Of a stretch of 64,000 bases of DNA, positions 1 to 12,679 are shown piece by piece. Under the pieces are notes generated by a model that made no database searches, was not told the origin of the DNA, and was given only the letters and a program-made list of their open reading frames with translations. How positions within the stretch are numbered: the stretch's first letter is position 1; each line of letters starts with the position of its first letter. The translations under genes were made by a program, and so were the position numbers. Source of the DNA: Selaginella moellendorffii (lineage: Eukaryota; Plantae; Lycopodiophyta); assembly GCF_000143415.4 (NCBI RefSeq), contig NW_003314290.1, positions 921,586 through 985,585 on the forward strand, in the 5' to 3' direction.

Positions 1-43
1 ATTTATTTGCATGTCGTAGCGCAGATTTCTGGAAGATCTTCCC

Positions 44-1312
44 ATGCCGGGTCCCAAGATGAAGCAGCCGGAGCGTGAATCGATCAAGAACGTGTGCCCG
101 AGGCGAGTTCGCGTTGTGTGCTGCGATCCCGATGCCACAGACTCCTCGTCGGGCGAGGAGGATCACCAAGAACAGGGAAAGAAGGCGATGCCTGGATGTG
201 GCAGAGCACGGGTAGACGGCGATCTTGTCGCCGCGACGACGACGATGATCTCCTCGGATAGCGAGGAGGAGAGGGATCTGGCCGTGGTTCCCAGCTACAT
301 TAGCGTCTTTCGAGCGCACGCCATGGCCGATCTCGAGGAGAAGACGCGATATTTCGTGCGGCCGGTGCCCAAGATCGAGCCGGATGCCACCACGGACACC
401 GAGGAGCAGGGATATTTCGCGAAGCCGGCGCCAGCGCCAGCGAAGATCGCGAAGAAATCCGTGAGGAGTAGCAGCAGCAAGAAGCGGAAGATCGTGGAGA
501 GGGACGATGGCCCGCGGCCAAAGTACCGGGGCGTGAGGCAGAGGCCGTGGGGGAAATGGGCGGCGGAGATTCGCGATTTCTCGCGGGGGATTCGAGTGTG
601 GCTGGGGACTTTCGACACTGCCGAGGCGGCGGCGGAGGCCTACGATCGCGCGGCGCGGCGGATGAAAGGGCCGAGCGCGCAGACCAATTTTGGGCTGGAT
701 GGGAGGAGGATCGTGGAGCCGGGCAAGGTAGAGGAGCTCAAGCTCCGGCTCAAGGCAGCGGCGGAGCGCCCGGCGGCGGCGATGGAGCTGGTGTGCCGCA
801 CGAATCGGCAGGAGATCGATGGCATCGACGCGATAGCGATCGAGCCAGCGATCGAGGAGCCAAACAGGAGATTCGTGGAGGAGGAGAGAGATTCGTGCTC
901 GAGCATGGGTGGCAGCGCAATGACGAGGGTCGAGGCGATCAAGAAGGAAGTAACTGATGAGGACGAGGAGGAAGATCTCTCCTCCTCGAGCTGGGATTTG
1001 TTTAGCAGCAGATCCCCGGTCTCGGTTCTTGCGAGCTCCGACCCTTTTGGAGGAGCTTTCTTTTCCGAGTCGATCGAGGAGCTCCAGGGGAGCGATTTGA
1101 GCGAGCTGGCGATGGGGCTGGAGCGTCAGCAAGGAGGCTTGGATGATTTTCCAAGCATTTTTGATGGATCGTCGTTCCGGCTGGACGATCCTCCGGTGGT
1201 GGGCGACATGGATGTGAATCTGGGAGAGCTGGGCGATGAGCTAGACGCGGGCTTTGTCCCGGATTCCTTCGTGGCGATGTTACTCGAAGAGCCTTCGTCT
1301 TCCACTACTTGA
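44..1312 (+). CDS. AP2/ERF transcription factor, Cytokinin Response Factor (CRF)-type
   Basis: Intronless ORF. N-terminal CRF motif [22 protein letters not shown]2 domain [19 protein letters not shown]...[18 protein letters not shown]-terminal SPVSVL motif, acidic tail. Confidence 0.92.
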   Translation: MPGPKMKQPERESIKNVCPRRVRVVCCDPDATDSSSGEEDHQEQGKKAMPGCGRARVDGDLVAATTTMISSDSEEERDLAVVPSYISVFRAHAMADLEEKTRYFVRPVPKIEPDATTDTEEQGYFAKPAPAPAKIAKKSVRSSSSKKRKIVERDDGPRPKYRGVRQRPWGKWAAEIRDFSRGIRVWLGTFDTAEAAAEAYDRAARRMKGPSAQTNFGLDGRRIVEPGKVEELKLRLKAAAERPAAAMELVCRTNRQEIDGIDAIAIEPAIEEPNRRFVEEERDSCSSMGGSAMTRVEAIKKEVTDEDEEEDLSSSSWDLFSSRSPVSVLASSDPFGGAFFSESIEELQGSDLSELAMGLERQQGGLDDFPSIFDGSSFRLDDPPVVGDMDVNLGELGDELDAGFVPDSFVAMLLEEPSSSTT

Positions 1313-1631
1313 TAGATTTTTTTTTTCTTTTCTGTGAATAAGTAGCGAAATTTATTATAGCTTTGATTGATAGCTCCTGGTCCGGATTTTGTGAGAGAAG
1401 TTGTAAATAGATTGATTGGAAAAAACAAGCAAAAACGTTTTTAATCTGAGAATGAGACTCAAACCAAAGATCAAGAGTTTCGATCGTATAAAAAGAAAAT
1501 AGATTGATTGTAATCTGAGAATGCAAAGATCAAGAAATTTGATAAGATAGAACGTTTCGTTTCGCCTCCCGCCATGGACGCTTTAAAGAGCTTATAAGAT
1601 TTCCTTTGAGAACCAAGAAGCAAACCAAAAA

Positions 1632-2466
1632 ATGGTGTTTGTTCTCCTTCTCGTGGCTTCTTCCCTGCTCTTCCACGCACAGCGCTCGTCCCCCTCTCGC
1701 CTCGATCTGGCCCTCAAGCTCGATGGTCTCCGGCGCGTCGATGGATCCAACTCACGCGCCACCATCCATGATCTGGGCGATGATCTCGGGGCGATCGAGG
1801 ATCCCAATCCCGGCGATGGCTATAGCTGCAACTTCGAGATGTTCGAGGCGATGGGAGTTTGCAACACCCTCGACTACAAGTCGTGCTGTACGTCCGTCAA
1901 GACGGCGCTCTACGGAGGCTGCCTGTGCACCACCGTCTTCCAGGACTACATCCGCTACTGCATCCAAGTCACCCGCGAGCTCAACGAGTACCTGGACGAG
2001 AACTGCGTCCCCGACCAGAGTAAGATCGACCAGGTCCTGTGCTACCACAATCTCACGTATCACGAACGCCATGACCCCGGCGGTAAGTTCTTCCTGCTTT
2101 TGGCATGGTTTTCCCTGCTTTCCTGCGGCTGACTTTGGCTTCTCTGCAGTGTTTTCTATCTGTCCGCTCGTTTCTCTGACCCCGTCTTCGTCCCCGGACC
2201 CCGACGACCGCGTCTCGCCCTGGCAGTGGTTCTGGAACACCTCTGGAACGCTTCCGCCACCACCACCAGATGGGAGTTCGTCTTCTCCTCCGAGTGGGAA
2301 TCCTCCTCCTGGCGATGAAGGTGGACACGGTCAAGTGACGGGCCAGACTTCTGGGGGATCTGAGCTGTCCGATACTGGGAGTCCACCAGCAACAGCGTCG
2401 AGCTCGTTGTCATTGGCTCCAGCAGCACAAGTTCTCCTTTTGGTGATGTGTGTCGTGGCTTTGTAG
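1632..2466 (+). CDS. Secreted Cys-rich, probably GPI-anchored protein (LTPG/8-cysteine-motif-like), 2 exons
   Basis: Signal peptide MVFVLLLVASSLLFHA; Cys spacing C-C-CC-CxC-C-C plus two extra Cys. GT-AG intron 2083-2149 joins in frame to a Pro/Ser-rich linker and hydrophobic C-terminus (AAQVLLLVMCVVAL). Confidence 0.65.
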
Positions 2467-2653
2467 GCCACCTAGAGTTATAGCCCCTGTGACTGAGATT
2501 CCAGTTTTAACGAGGCTTGATTCGTACGAAGCTGTCCAGCTGACCAGAAAGCTGCTCTACTTGCCCGCTCTTTGCTGATTAACCGCTTACGTGAACACTC
2601 GACGCACAGGTGCATAGGCACACTGTAACAGAGAAGTTAGAACGAAGGAAGTT

Positions 2654-3718
2654 TCACGCAAAAAGACTCTCACCAAAGGACTGTACGAGTCCGACGCCTT
2701 GAGTCTTCTTCTCCGCGGCAGTGGCGTTGCCAGCTTCGTCCATCTGAGCGTCCACGACATGCCGCATTTGGCCCAGCTTCTTCTGCGCTAGATTTGAAGC
2801 CGTGTCGAGTGACTTCTCTCCAGCAGACCCCTGTCCAAACACAGACTTGACAGTCCCCAAAACACCGCCACCATGCTGTTCTTGCTGTTGCTGCGGTTGC
2901 TCCTGCTGCTGTTCTCCCTGTTGATTATCTTGCGTCCCTTTGTTCTTCTCCTTCCCTGCCAACTTGGCGCCAACCTTGAAATAACCCAGCGGACTCTTTT
3001 TTCTCTTTTGAGGCTGGTGAGGAGGATGGGGTTGATGCCCGTGAGCTGCCCTGTGCTCGTTTAATAGGTGCTGCTTAGGATGGTGGCTCGATCCTTCTGC
3101 CTCGTCGGACCAGTCCTCCTCTTCCATTTCACTGAAATCACTAAAGTCTGGAATATGATGCTGCTGATTTTTCTCGTTTACATCCGAGTGCTCTTGTTGT
3201 CTAGAATTCGAGTGCTCTTGCTGATGTCTTTCAGACTCCCCTGCGCCACCATGGTGGATCTTCTCAGCAACCTTGTGAGCTGCGTCGTGAAATGCCTTTT
3301 CGTCCTTGGCCAGCCTCTTCACTCCTTCCAACACATCCTTGCTTTCCTGCTGGACCACCTTGCTAACCGTGTGCTTGGCCTGATCTAGCATTTCTTTAGC
3401 TTCCTCCTGTACCGCGGGCTTCTTTCCCTCCAACTTTTCCGTCTTTTCCTTGGCGGTTGAGAAATACGGAGCTAGCTTCCCCTGTCCTTTGCCAACAATC
3501 TCACCAGCTTGTTGCTTTAAATCATTGGCCTTGTCTCTCACAGACTTCCCTTTGTTCTGACCATCGTCCTTGACAGCGTTTTTCACATCGTCGGTAGTCT
3601 TCTTGACCTGCTCAGCCCTGCAACGAGTCAAAAGCTTAGAAAACGAGCGGGGGAAGGAGACAGCTTACGGTTTTTCTTTCTCATATTCACCGTATTCATC
3701 ATCGTCGCTCGGAGCCAT
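2654..3718 (-). CDS. Hydrophilic LEA-like protein (group 3/LEA_4-like helical repeats, His/Gln-rich middle), 2 coding exons
   Basis: Exon 1 MAPSDDDEYGEYEKEK splices in frame (cc|gtaag...ttgcag|g) to the long ORF rich in K/E/A/Q (KDKANDLKQQAGE-like, AKEKTEKLE). Confidence 0.6.
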
Positions 3719-4031
3719 GAGCTCCTCAGGACAGTCTTGAAAGTGATCAATTGTGATCCCGCTTGGACGGATCCTAGACGAAAATCAGAAGCTTCCACCA
3801 AGTGCTCACTCACTCACCTAGAAGCGGATTCTCCGCGGATGCGCGCTTCGGTAGTTTTTAAAAAACAAAAGCGGAATATACCTGCAGCGTCAGTTAAAGG
3901 AAGAAAAAAAACAAGTGTTAATAGAAAGGAGCATCTATATAAGAGAGGAAGAGAGGAACATTATTATCCACATCGCCAAAAAAGATAACCTTCTTCGTAC
4001 GTAAAGTCGTGTCGATCGAAGATTGCTAAGC

Positions 4032-4974
<943 letters not shown>

Positions 4975-7900
4975 CTAAGACCTCGCGCTTGCCGTAAAAC
5001 CTATCCCCGAAAAGCTCCGATCGCGCGAGTCAAGAACGGCGGCATTCCACATCCGAGAAGGAGCTCGGGGCGGATCTACGCGGGGATCATCGCGAATTTG
5101 CGAGCTGGATCTCAGATCCAACGCTCCCCTCCCCGTCACAAACCCTAGCCAGCGCGTCAATCGAAAACGCGGAATATACCGTTAACCACGTGGACAAAAT
5201 ATTATCGAAAGTCTTGCAATGCTTTCGCGCGAATCTCTTGCGGTCCCTTTAGGTTCATCTATAGGTAGCGATTTTTCTATCACTTCCATCGCTTTTTTCC
5301 TCGTTGGTTTCACCTGGGTTGGAAAATTTTTGCTTTCGTGCGAGTAGAAGAAAGAAAACTCTTTTTTTGGTTCGTGGGCATTATCTAAGGAGAAGATCAT
5401 AGAGAATTGTAACCTCGTAGTTTCCAGGGAGGCCATTTTTTCATGACCCCATAATGGATGGATGGATTTTTGAGTGGGATTGCATAGTCACTCTCCATGG
5501 GACGATAGAGACGGCGTAATCACTTCCATCCATTCCTCGTGATCCAATGGTCTGGGACGCGAACGCGCCATCTGCCCTTCTTGTGACAAAGACGAGCAAA
5601 ATAACTTCTTATTATAATTAATAACTATTATTTTTATCTTTTAGATGGATTACAATTACTAGTAGAAGATTCTTTAGCTTTTTCGTGAACATACTTTCAA
5701 GGCTTGACTTGATCAAAAGAAGTGGACGCTGGAGCTCCAGGTCGGTGCTCACGAAGTACATGATCCAATCAACTGAGGATAAGCTCGAGCTAGGAGTTCC
5801 GTGATGAATAATTTCCCCAATGATGAACCGCCACCCAAAACAAAAGTAGTGATGGATCGATCGATCAAGATTTGCTCCACTCTATACAGCAAATTAAGGC
5901 TTAGATCGCTCCACGAGAAATCTTTCTACGCGTTCCTTCTAATGTGGGTCAAAATAGCGCGGAAAAATAGGTCATACGGACACACGCATGGACCTTCATT
6001 GGAACTTGGAGCCTCTTCTCAATGTGGAGAAGGGAATCTCGAAAGGACATAATATACCTTCCTCAGGGAGGCAGAGATTGCGAGATTTTTTCTTTCTAGT
6101 GCGCCACGTCAGCGACGTTGACTGGTTCAGAGTTTTCAAACGTGGCGCCAAAATTCTCTCCGTAAGCCCTAAGGCTGCTTTTTAGGGTTCTTCAATCTTG
6201 GAGCTCGACAGCGACGCGCGATTGCAACAATGGAGCTGCTGTTGCTGCCGCAAGAAAGCGGAATGGTCGGCGTGGGGCTCTGCGAGGAGGTAGGCTGGAA
6301 TTTTTTGGTTCTTTTTAGTCTTTGGAGTCGGTTTCATCCGATAGCGCACTGCATTTTCTCTTTTGTTCTCTTGCTGTTAGCGCGGAAATCCGCGCTTAGC
6401 GATGGGTGTTTTGCATGGCCTCGTGCCTGGAAATTCGTGCAAAGTCCTTGCGCTTTATTCTTCACTGTATGCTTTTCCTTCCTCTGATTTCTTCCAGAGG
6501 TGGATCTTTCGCTAAGTTTCTACTGAACTTGCGATTTATCGACAATGCTGTCTTTTTTGCGTTTCTTCGTGGTTTCGATCGAAGTCGATGGATTTCTGTG
6601 CTTAAGCTGATGTTTTCGTTTTAAGTGATCATCCATTTACGTTTTTCTCGCTCTTGCTTTTGTTAGTTCTTCCCATTATTGTCAAGCTTAAGAGTCGAAT
6701 GTCAAGTTCTTCTCACTCACGCATTTACCTTTTTGCCTCTTTTGCTTTGTTGGTGTTTTTTTCTTTCATTTTTCCCTTGCAAAATAGGCTTCCAGCGTTC
6801 GCTTTCACTGGCCTTGTTCTTTGGCGAGTGAGTGCAGTAGTGTGCAGACCTTGCCCAGCAGCACTATCGTCGAACTAGTCTTAGTGATGACACTGTCTGC
6901 GGCTGGAATAATGCTGCAACTGGCCTCTGCAAGTGGCTAGATGTGTCTTGTTGCTGCAGCTCCCATTTATATTCGAGTCTCATATATGTCCGTGAATTTC
7001 CTCCTCCAAATTCCTCGTTTCCAGTGATTTTCTCTTCTCGATAAGTCTTTTTTCTCCTTTTTTTTTCTTTTTTTCCCGTGCTTGGCACTGCTGCTGCTGT
7101 TCCTGGTTGCATGCCTTCTCAGATTTGTGATGATGATGATGCTAGCGCCGCTCTGAACTGAAGTCCAGAAGCTCGTCCAGCGTCCTTGACAGCACTAACA
7201 GCATTAACAGTTGTTCAGCTTGCGCAGGCACAGGCACGTCCGTCCGTCCGGTTGAGTGTGAGTTGTGAGGAGCAAACGACCAATTGCAACGGAGAGAAGG
7301 GGTCCCCTCCTCTCCTGGTAGCTGTAGCCTGGTGTGCGGGCAAACGGCGAAACTTGCGCTGCGCGCGATCTGGAGGCTATTGTGATATCATTGTAAGTAT
7401 ATAGATTTTGGACCGAACTTGGTTTCTTGGATACTCCCTCTTCCGGATTTTTCTCTTTCTCCCTCTCATTCTCTACTCGTTTCTGTGTCTGTTCCTTCTT
7501 CTTCTTGCTTTCCTTTGTGCTCCAGGAGTCTTTGCAATTCACTGTCTGCGTTTCTCGCCTTCGTGCTTCCTGTGTTCGTGTTCTTTCTTCGTGTTCTTTC
7601 TTCTGTTTCTTTCCTTGGCGAGAACTAAATGGCTAATTCGCTTCGGTGTGTGGTGTGTGCAGGTGGTTTTAGTTGTGAAGCAAGACGTAAGCCAGGGAGT
7701 GATAAGGTAACAATTTTTGGTTGCTGAAGAACACTTGTGGATAAGGTCGCTGCAAATGCATTCTTTCTGCTTCTTCTTTTCTCTCTTTCTCGCTGCTCTA
7801 GTCTTTCTTTTGCTGTCTCTCGCTGAACTATAAGGCTTTTCCAGATCTGTAGTCTCCACTCTAGAGTAATTCGAGTTTCTGTACAAGAGATTCTCAAGTC

Positions 7901-8299
7901 GGAGCTGAAATGAATGCTAGCTAGTATAGTTCGTTTTCTTGTAGATGCAAGCATGGGAATCTTTAATGGTGTCTTGCGTTTTCAAACAGTCTTCCTAGCT
8001 AGGCGTACAATTCAGAAGGTTTTGGAAGCTCCTCTATGACTGAGATTGTTGGTCTCTTTCTCTTTTGCAGATTATCAGTCCAAGGCCTACTGCTATGCTG
8101 TTGGAGTTGGACTTACGGAGTCCGAGGATGATTTTCTCGGGTAAAGGGAGGGGAAACAGATCTGTCAGGGATGAACTTACTTCCGTGGGGCACAGGAAGT
8201 GAAGTGGTGAGAGGAAACTCCGCTGGGCAGCAGTAATTTCTCAACAAGGCAGCAGGTCCCGGAAGAACTTGTCAACGCTCGCTGATATGCTGTAGCAGA

Positions 8300-8524
8300 A
8301 TGATATCACTGATCACATTTGTGGAGCTGAGAAGTATGGAAGGCCACAAGCGACCCCGCAACGGTACCAGTGGCCCAAATTTCGTGGATGATGAAGAGCG
8401 TGGTCGAAGCAGCAACAGCAATAATACGCTAGTGGGAATCCGCTCTGAGATTCTCAAGGAAGAAGGTGGAGTTCCAGGTGATTATTGCTACGCAGATGTT
8501 CCAGAAGTGGATGGAATCCGCCTC

Positions 8525-8563
<39 letters not shown>

Positions 8564-9686
8564 GAACATGACAGCAGTAAAAGTTTTCCAGACTATGGAC
8601 ACATGCTCGGACCGGTTTCTACGATGAGCAGCGAGTATAGAAGGATGGGCCAATGGAACAGTGAGTCGCTTTCTTCTGACTACCCGGACAAGTATAAACG
8701 ACTTGGGGGCGGTGTTCCAGAGGCCGGGCTGGACGAAAGAAGAGTTCGTAGCAGGCCCGAAGCTTCAGTCCTGTCAAATCTTCTGGGGCGGCGCGACGAT
8801 CAAACCGAGCTCCACATGAACATATCTGCTCGGACTTTGAGGCCCTCGGGAGGTAAGGATCGGCACAGCAAGGTCTTCACGGCCAAAGGGCCGAGGGACC
8901 GGAGAGTTCGGCTGTCCGTTTCCACAGCCATCCAGTTTTACGACGTCCAGGACAGGCTCGGCTACGACCAACCAAGCAAGGCCGTGGAATGGTTGATGAA
9001 AAAGGCCAAGAATGCCATCGACGAGCTGTCGCAGATACCACTCCCCGGAATCGACAGGCTCACGCTTCCGAGCTCGTCTTACAACACCGCTCTCGGGTTC
9101 GGATACTCCGGGTCGGGGGCACTCTCGGCTTCTAACGAAAGTGGTGGTGGCCACTTCTCGTTAGAGAGAGGAGGAGCATCGTTTAGCTCAGGCTCGGACA
9201 TGCAACTTAAGGGAGTTATACAGCAGGCGAGCCTTGTTAGCGATCAGGAGCTGGAGAACCAGAGCCCCGAGCTCAAGGTGTGCTCGAGCTCCGCCCGCGA
9301 CCATCAAGCGGTTGACGAGAGCGACGCATTTCCGAGACAGAGACCTGGTGAGGACCTTGGAGCAGACATAACCATGTCAGTTGGAGAAGGTAGCTCAACA
9401 AGAACAGGCCGGGAAGTTGGAGCTCATGCGAGTATAGCTCCTTTCAATTCTGGTCATATCTCTGCACACACCGCCATGCCGGCCACAAGTTGCCAGTTGC
9501 AGCAGCAGCAGCGAGACTGGAAGAACTTTCTGCATCCGGGCAGCTATAGTCTGTACGAAGATCCGTGCTCAAGTTTGGCTCACACTGATCATCGGCATCA
9601 TCATCATCACCATCACGAGCAGCAACAGCAGCATCACCAGCACAGACTGGAACTATTTCAAACTCCGGTCGGGCCAGCCGTGCAGT

Positions 9687-9717
<31 letters not shown>

Positions 9718-10153
9718 CAATCACCAGCAGACGTCGCTAATCACGGTCCAGCAGACTTACTTGCAGCAACAGGAGTTTCTCCACAACTCGAGCTTGCTCC
9801 CGTTCGTCACTACCGCCAGCGCTCAGGGAAACTCAACAGGATCAAACGCAAAGCCAGCTCTGGATCAATTCCATTCTTTGAAGATAGCCTCTCCAGCAGC
9901 GATAAGTCCAACAGAGAAGCCCGGAAGCGTGCCCTCTACAGCACTGAGATTTCCCAGCAGCTTTCTCGCCTCACCATTAGTTTCGTCGTCTTCGTCACCA
10001 AATCCCGAGCTCTTTGTTTCTCCAAAGCTCCAGCAGCAGCAGCAGCAGCAGGAACCACATCCATCGCTGCAGTTTGATTCGTCGCAAGCGTTCCCAGCGA
10101 AATTCCAAGGCCTGGAAGAACAGCTTCGAAGAGGGAGCAAGAGAAGAGACTAA
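8300..10153 (+). CDS. Class II (CIN-like) TCP transcription factor
   Basis: TCP domain [60 protein letters not shown]; polyQ/polyH tracts. The start could be the second Met (about 8336). Confidence 0.93.
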
Positions 10154-10696
10154 ACGTCCGTGTATATGATTATCTTAAAGAATAAATTGCTATTAGCAAA
10201 TTTAGGGCTCCTGTGTGTCTTGCCAAGGGGAAAGGGAAAATGCGGAAGGATCTGAAGGAGCAGCTGCGAGATTATCAGCTCCAATCTGCCAATCGCTGGG
10301 CATCCATCTCATTTTTCTCTTCCACATCTAACATTTCTTCCAGGTGAGGCTCCCCATTTTGATTGAGTGATAAAATCTCCAACTATTAACAGCCCTGGGA
10401 AGCTACCACTCAAAGTTTTCCTCTTCTTGTGCTGTAAATTTCTTGTGTTGTGTGTTGTAGCTCTGTGCTGTGGGTATGTGAGAATCTCTGGAGCTTTTGG
10501 AGGTCTGGGCATTTTATTTCTACTCCTGTTCTTCACACACTCTCCTGGCAAAAGAAAAACTACAAGGATGCTTCCTCTGTAAATTTTGGAACAGTCGGCA
10601 AAAATGATAGTAAAATCAGATGTTCATGACAAAGTTTTTTATTTTACAAAAAAAATGTTTTTTCCGGGACAAAATTTACCTTTTGCTGGTGATTTT

Positions 10697-12610
10697 TCAC
10701 AAACGGAATTGTCCCATGTGTGGACCACCCTCTCTGTAGTAGAAGAGGTACTCGGTCGCCAGGCCTCCAAGAGGTCTGGGTTTGATCCCCAGCTCTTCGA
10801 ACGTTAGAGCTAGCACAGAACAATCAAAAAAGGAAAAAAACTTAGTTCCTCGGAGTGAGATTCACTCGTTCTAGCGTTACCGTCGGGAGAGACGACTTGA
10901 TCCACTTTGAGAGAATCGATGTAGTGACGGTAGCACGGCCATAGCTGTGGGAGTGGCACGGGTACTCTCTTGAAGAAGAACTCTCGGACGCGGGACACGG
11001 CCTGGATGGAGAAACCACGAGTTACAAAGAAGAAGAAGAAGACGATGCTTCGTCTCTGTACCTCGGCTAGCGGCAATGGAATGTTGATTATCCGCGGTTT
11101 CTCGCGAAGAACTTCAAACATCCACAGAAGCTGGAAAGGATTGCAGTTTTTTTAGAGCTGGTGATTGTAGAATAGGAGGAGGTCGAACTTACGAGCTCGT
11201 GAATCGTGTAAACATCCGGTCCCCCGAGTTCATAGACTTTCCCGACGTGAATACCTTCTTTTTCTTTCACTGCGGCTAGAAAAGCAGCTGCGACGTCAAG
11301 GACACAAACCGGTTGAACCCTGCGACAAAAGTTTTAGAGCAAGCTTCGGCGCACGACGTTTGGTTACCTTGTTTTGCCATCGAAAAACATTGGAACATTG
11401 GGCCAGAACTTTGCCTTCGTGGCAAATCTGTTAAGGAACTTGTCGTGGTAGCCGAACATACTCGCGGGTCGCATAATAGTAGCCTGAAGGTTTACAACAG
11501 ACAAACTCTAAAACCCTGAAAAGGAAACAGTTTGGCAAACCTCAGGAAATTCCTGTCTGACTGCTTCTTCTCCCAGGGCCTTTGTTCTATGCTGTTTGGA
11601 AGGAGAGTTCTCGTCCGCACCGACGCACGACGTATGGATATATCGCACGATCCCACCGTGCTCTTTCGATATCTGTGAAAGCAAGCTCTCTTGACAACTC
11701 ATTCAAGACACGAAGAAACAGCACTGTGAAATACCCGAGCAATACGTTGTGCAATATCAATGTTGACCTCCTCGAAACCGTAGTTACGAGTTTCGTATTC
11801 TCTTCCTGTCGATATAGCGAATAAATAACTTCCTGTCAAGTTCTAGATATCGAATGTAAAAGGAAGCACTGACCAATCAAGTTGATGACAACGTTGGATT
11901 TCGCAATGGCAGCGCGTATGGCATCTTCATCCCGGATATTACACACAAACGGCACGATCTGACCTTCAAGTTAAAGGCATAAACTCGAAATGCAAAAGCT
12001 TGAGAGCAAACGAGATTACCTGACCGAGATCACCCATCACTTTTAGATGTCGAGGCTTATCCTCCAGCCCCCTGTATGGTATCATACACTGTGCTCCAAT
12101 CTTTGCTAGAGACAGAGTAAAAAACCATCTAGACCGAATGATAGAAAGAAACGCCAGTAGCATACCGAGGTTGTTCACCACTGCCCGTCCCAGCATTCCA
12201 GTCGATCCAAAGATGGTCACGATGAATCCCCTGCGAGCGAAACCGTAAAGACTTTGCTGGATGATCGATAGAACTTACGTAGCTGCCGAGAGACCCCCGG
12301 CGGTCTTGACAACCAGCGGAGTTCCTCCCCTCGTCGCCAGGTTGAAAGCGTGGCGCACTCCTGGACTGGATTCTACAAGCGAAACACTAGTCTTAGAACA
12401 AGCTCCAGCTTTAAGACTTGGAACTAGTTCCTAGAATCTACATTCCGCGACTAGATGGAAAACAAAGGGAGAGTATCACTCACCGCGCTGATCTAAGTAG
12501 GGATCGAGCACTCCACGCGATGCTGGAAGGCCTCGGACGAGGAAATCCAGCGCCTGCGCTTGACAGGCGCTTGCTCCCCGCCGTAGCGCCCTCACGGACG
12601 AAGACGCCAT
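10697..12610 (-). CDS. NDUFA9: Mitochondrial complex I 39-kDa subunit (NDUFA9, SDR fold), multi-exon
   Basis: Arg/Ala-rich presequence MASSSVRALRR; TIFGSTGMLGRAVVNNL|AKIGAQCMIPYRG..RHLKVMGDLGQ; YELGGPDVYTIHEL; last exon LTFEELGIKP..YREGGP. Confidence 0.92.
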
Positions 12611-12679
12611 AGCTCAAAGCTACCTAGGGTTCTTCCCAAATATTATAAAGGGGAAAAGCCCCAAATCCCCTCCAAATGA

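Noticed and set aside
8075-8772. miR319 target sites (tcagtccaa at 8075; cttcagtcc at about 8763)
   Set aside because: Only 9-nt matches, with a mismatch at position 10 or across the whole 3' half; not plant-type cleavage sites.
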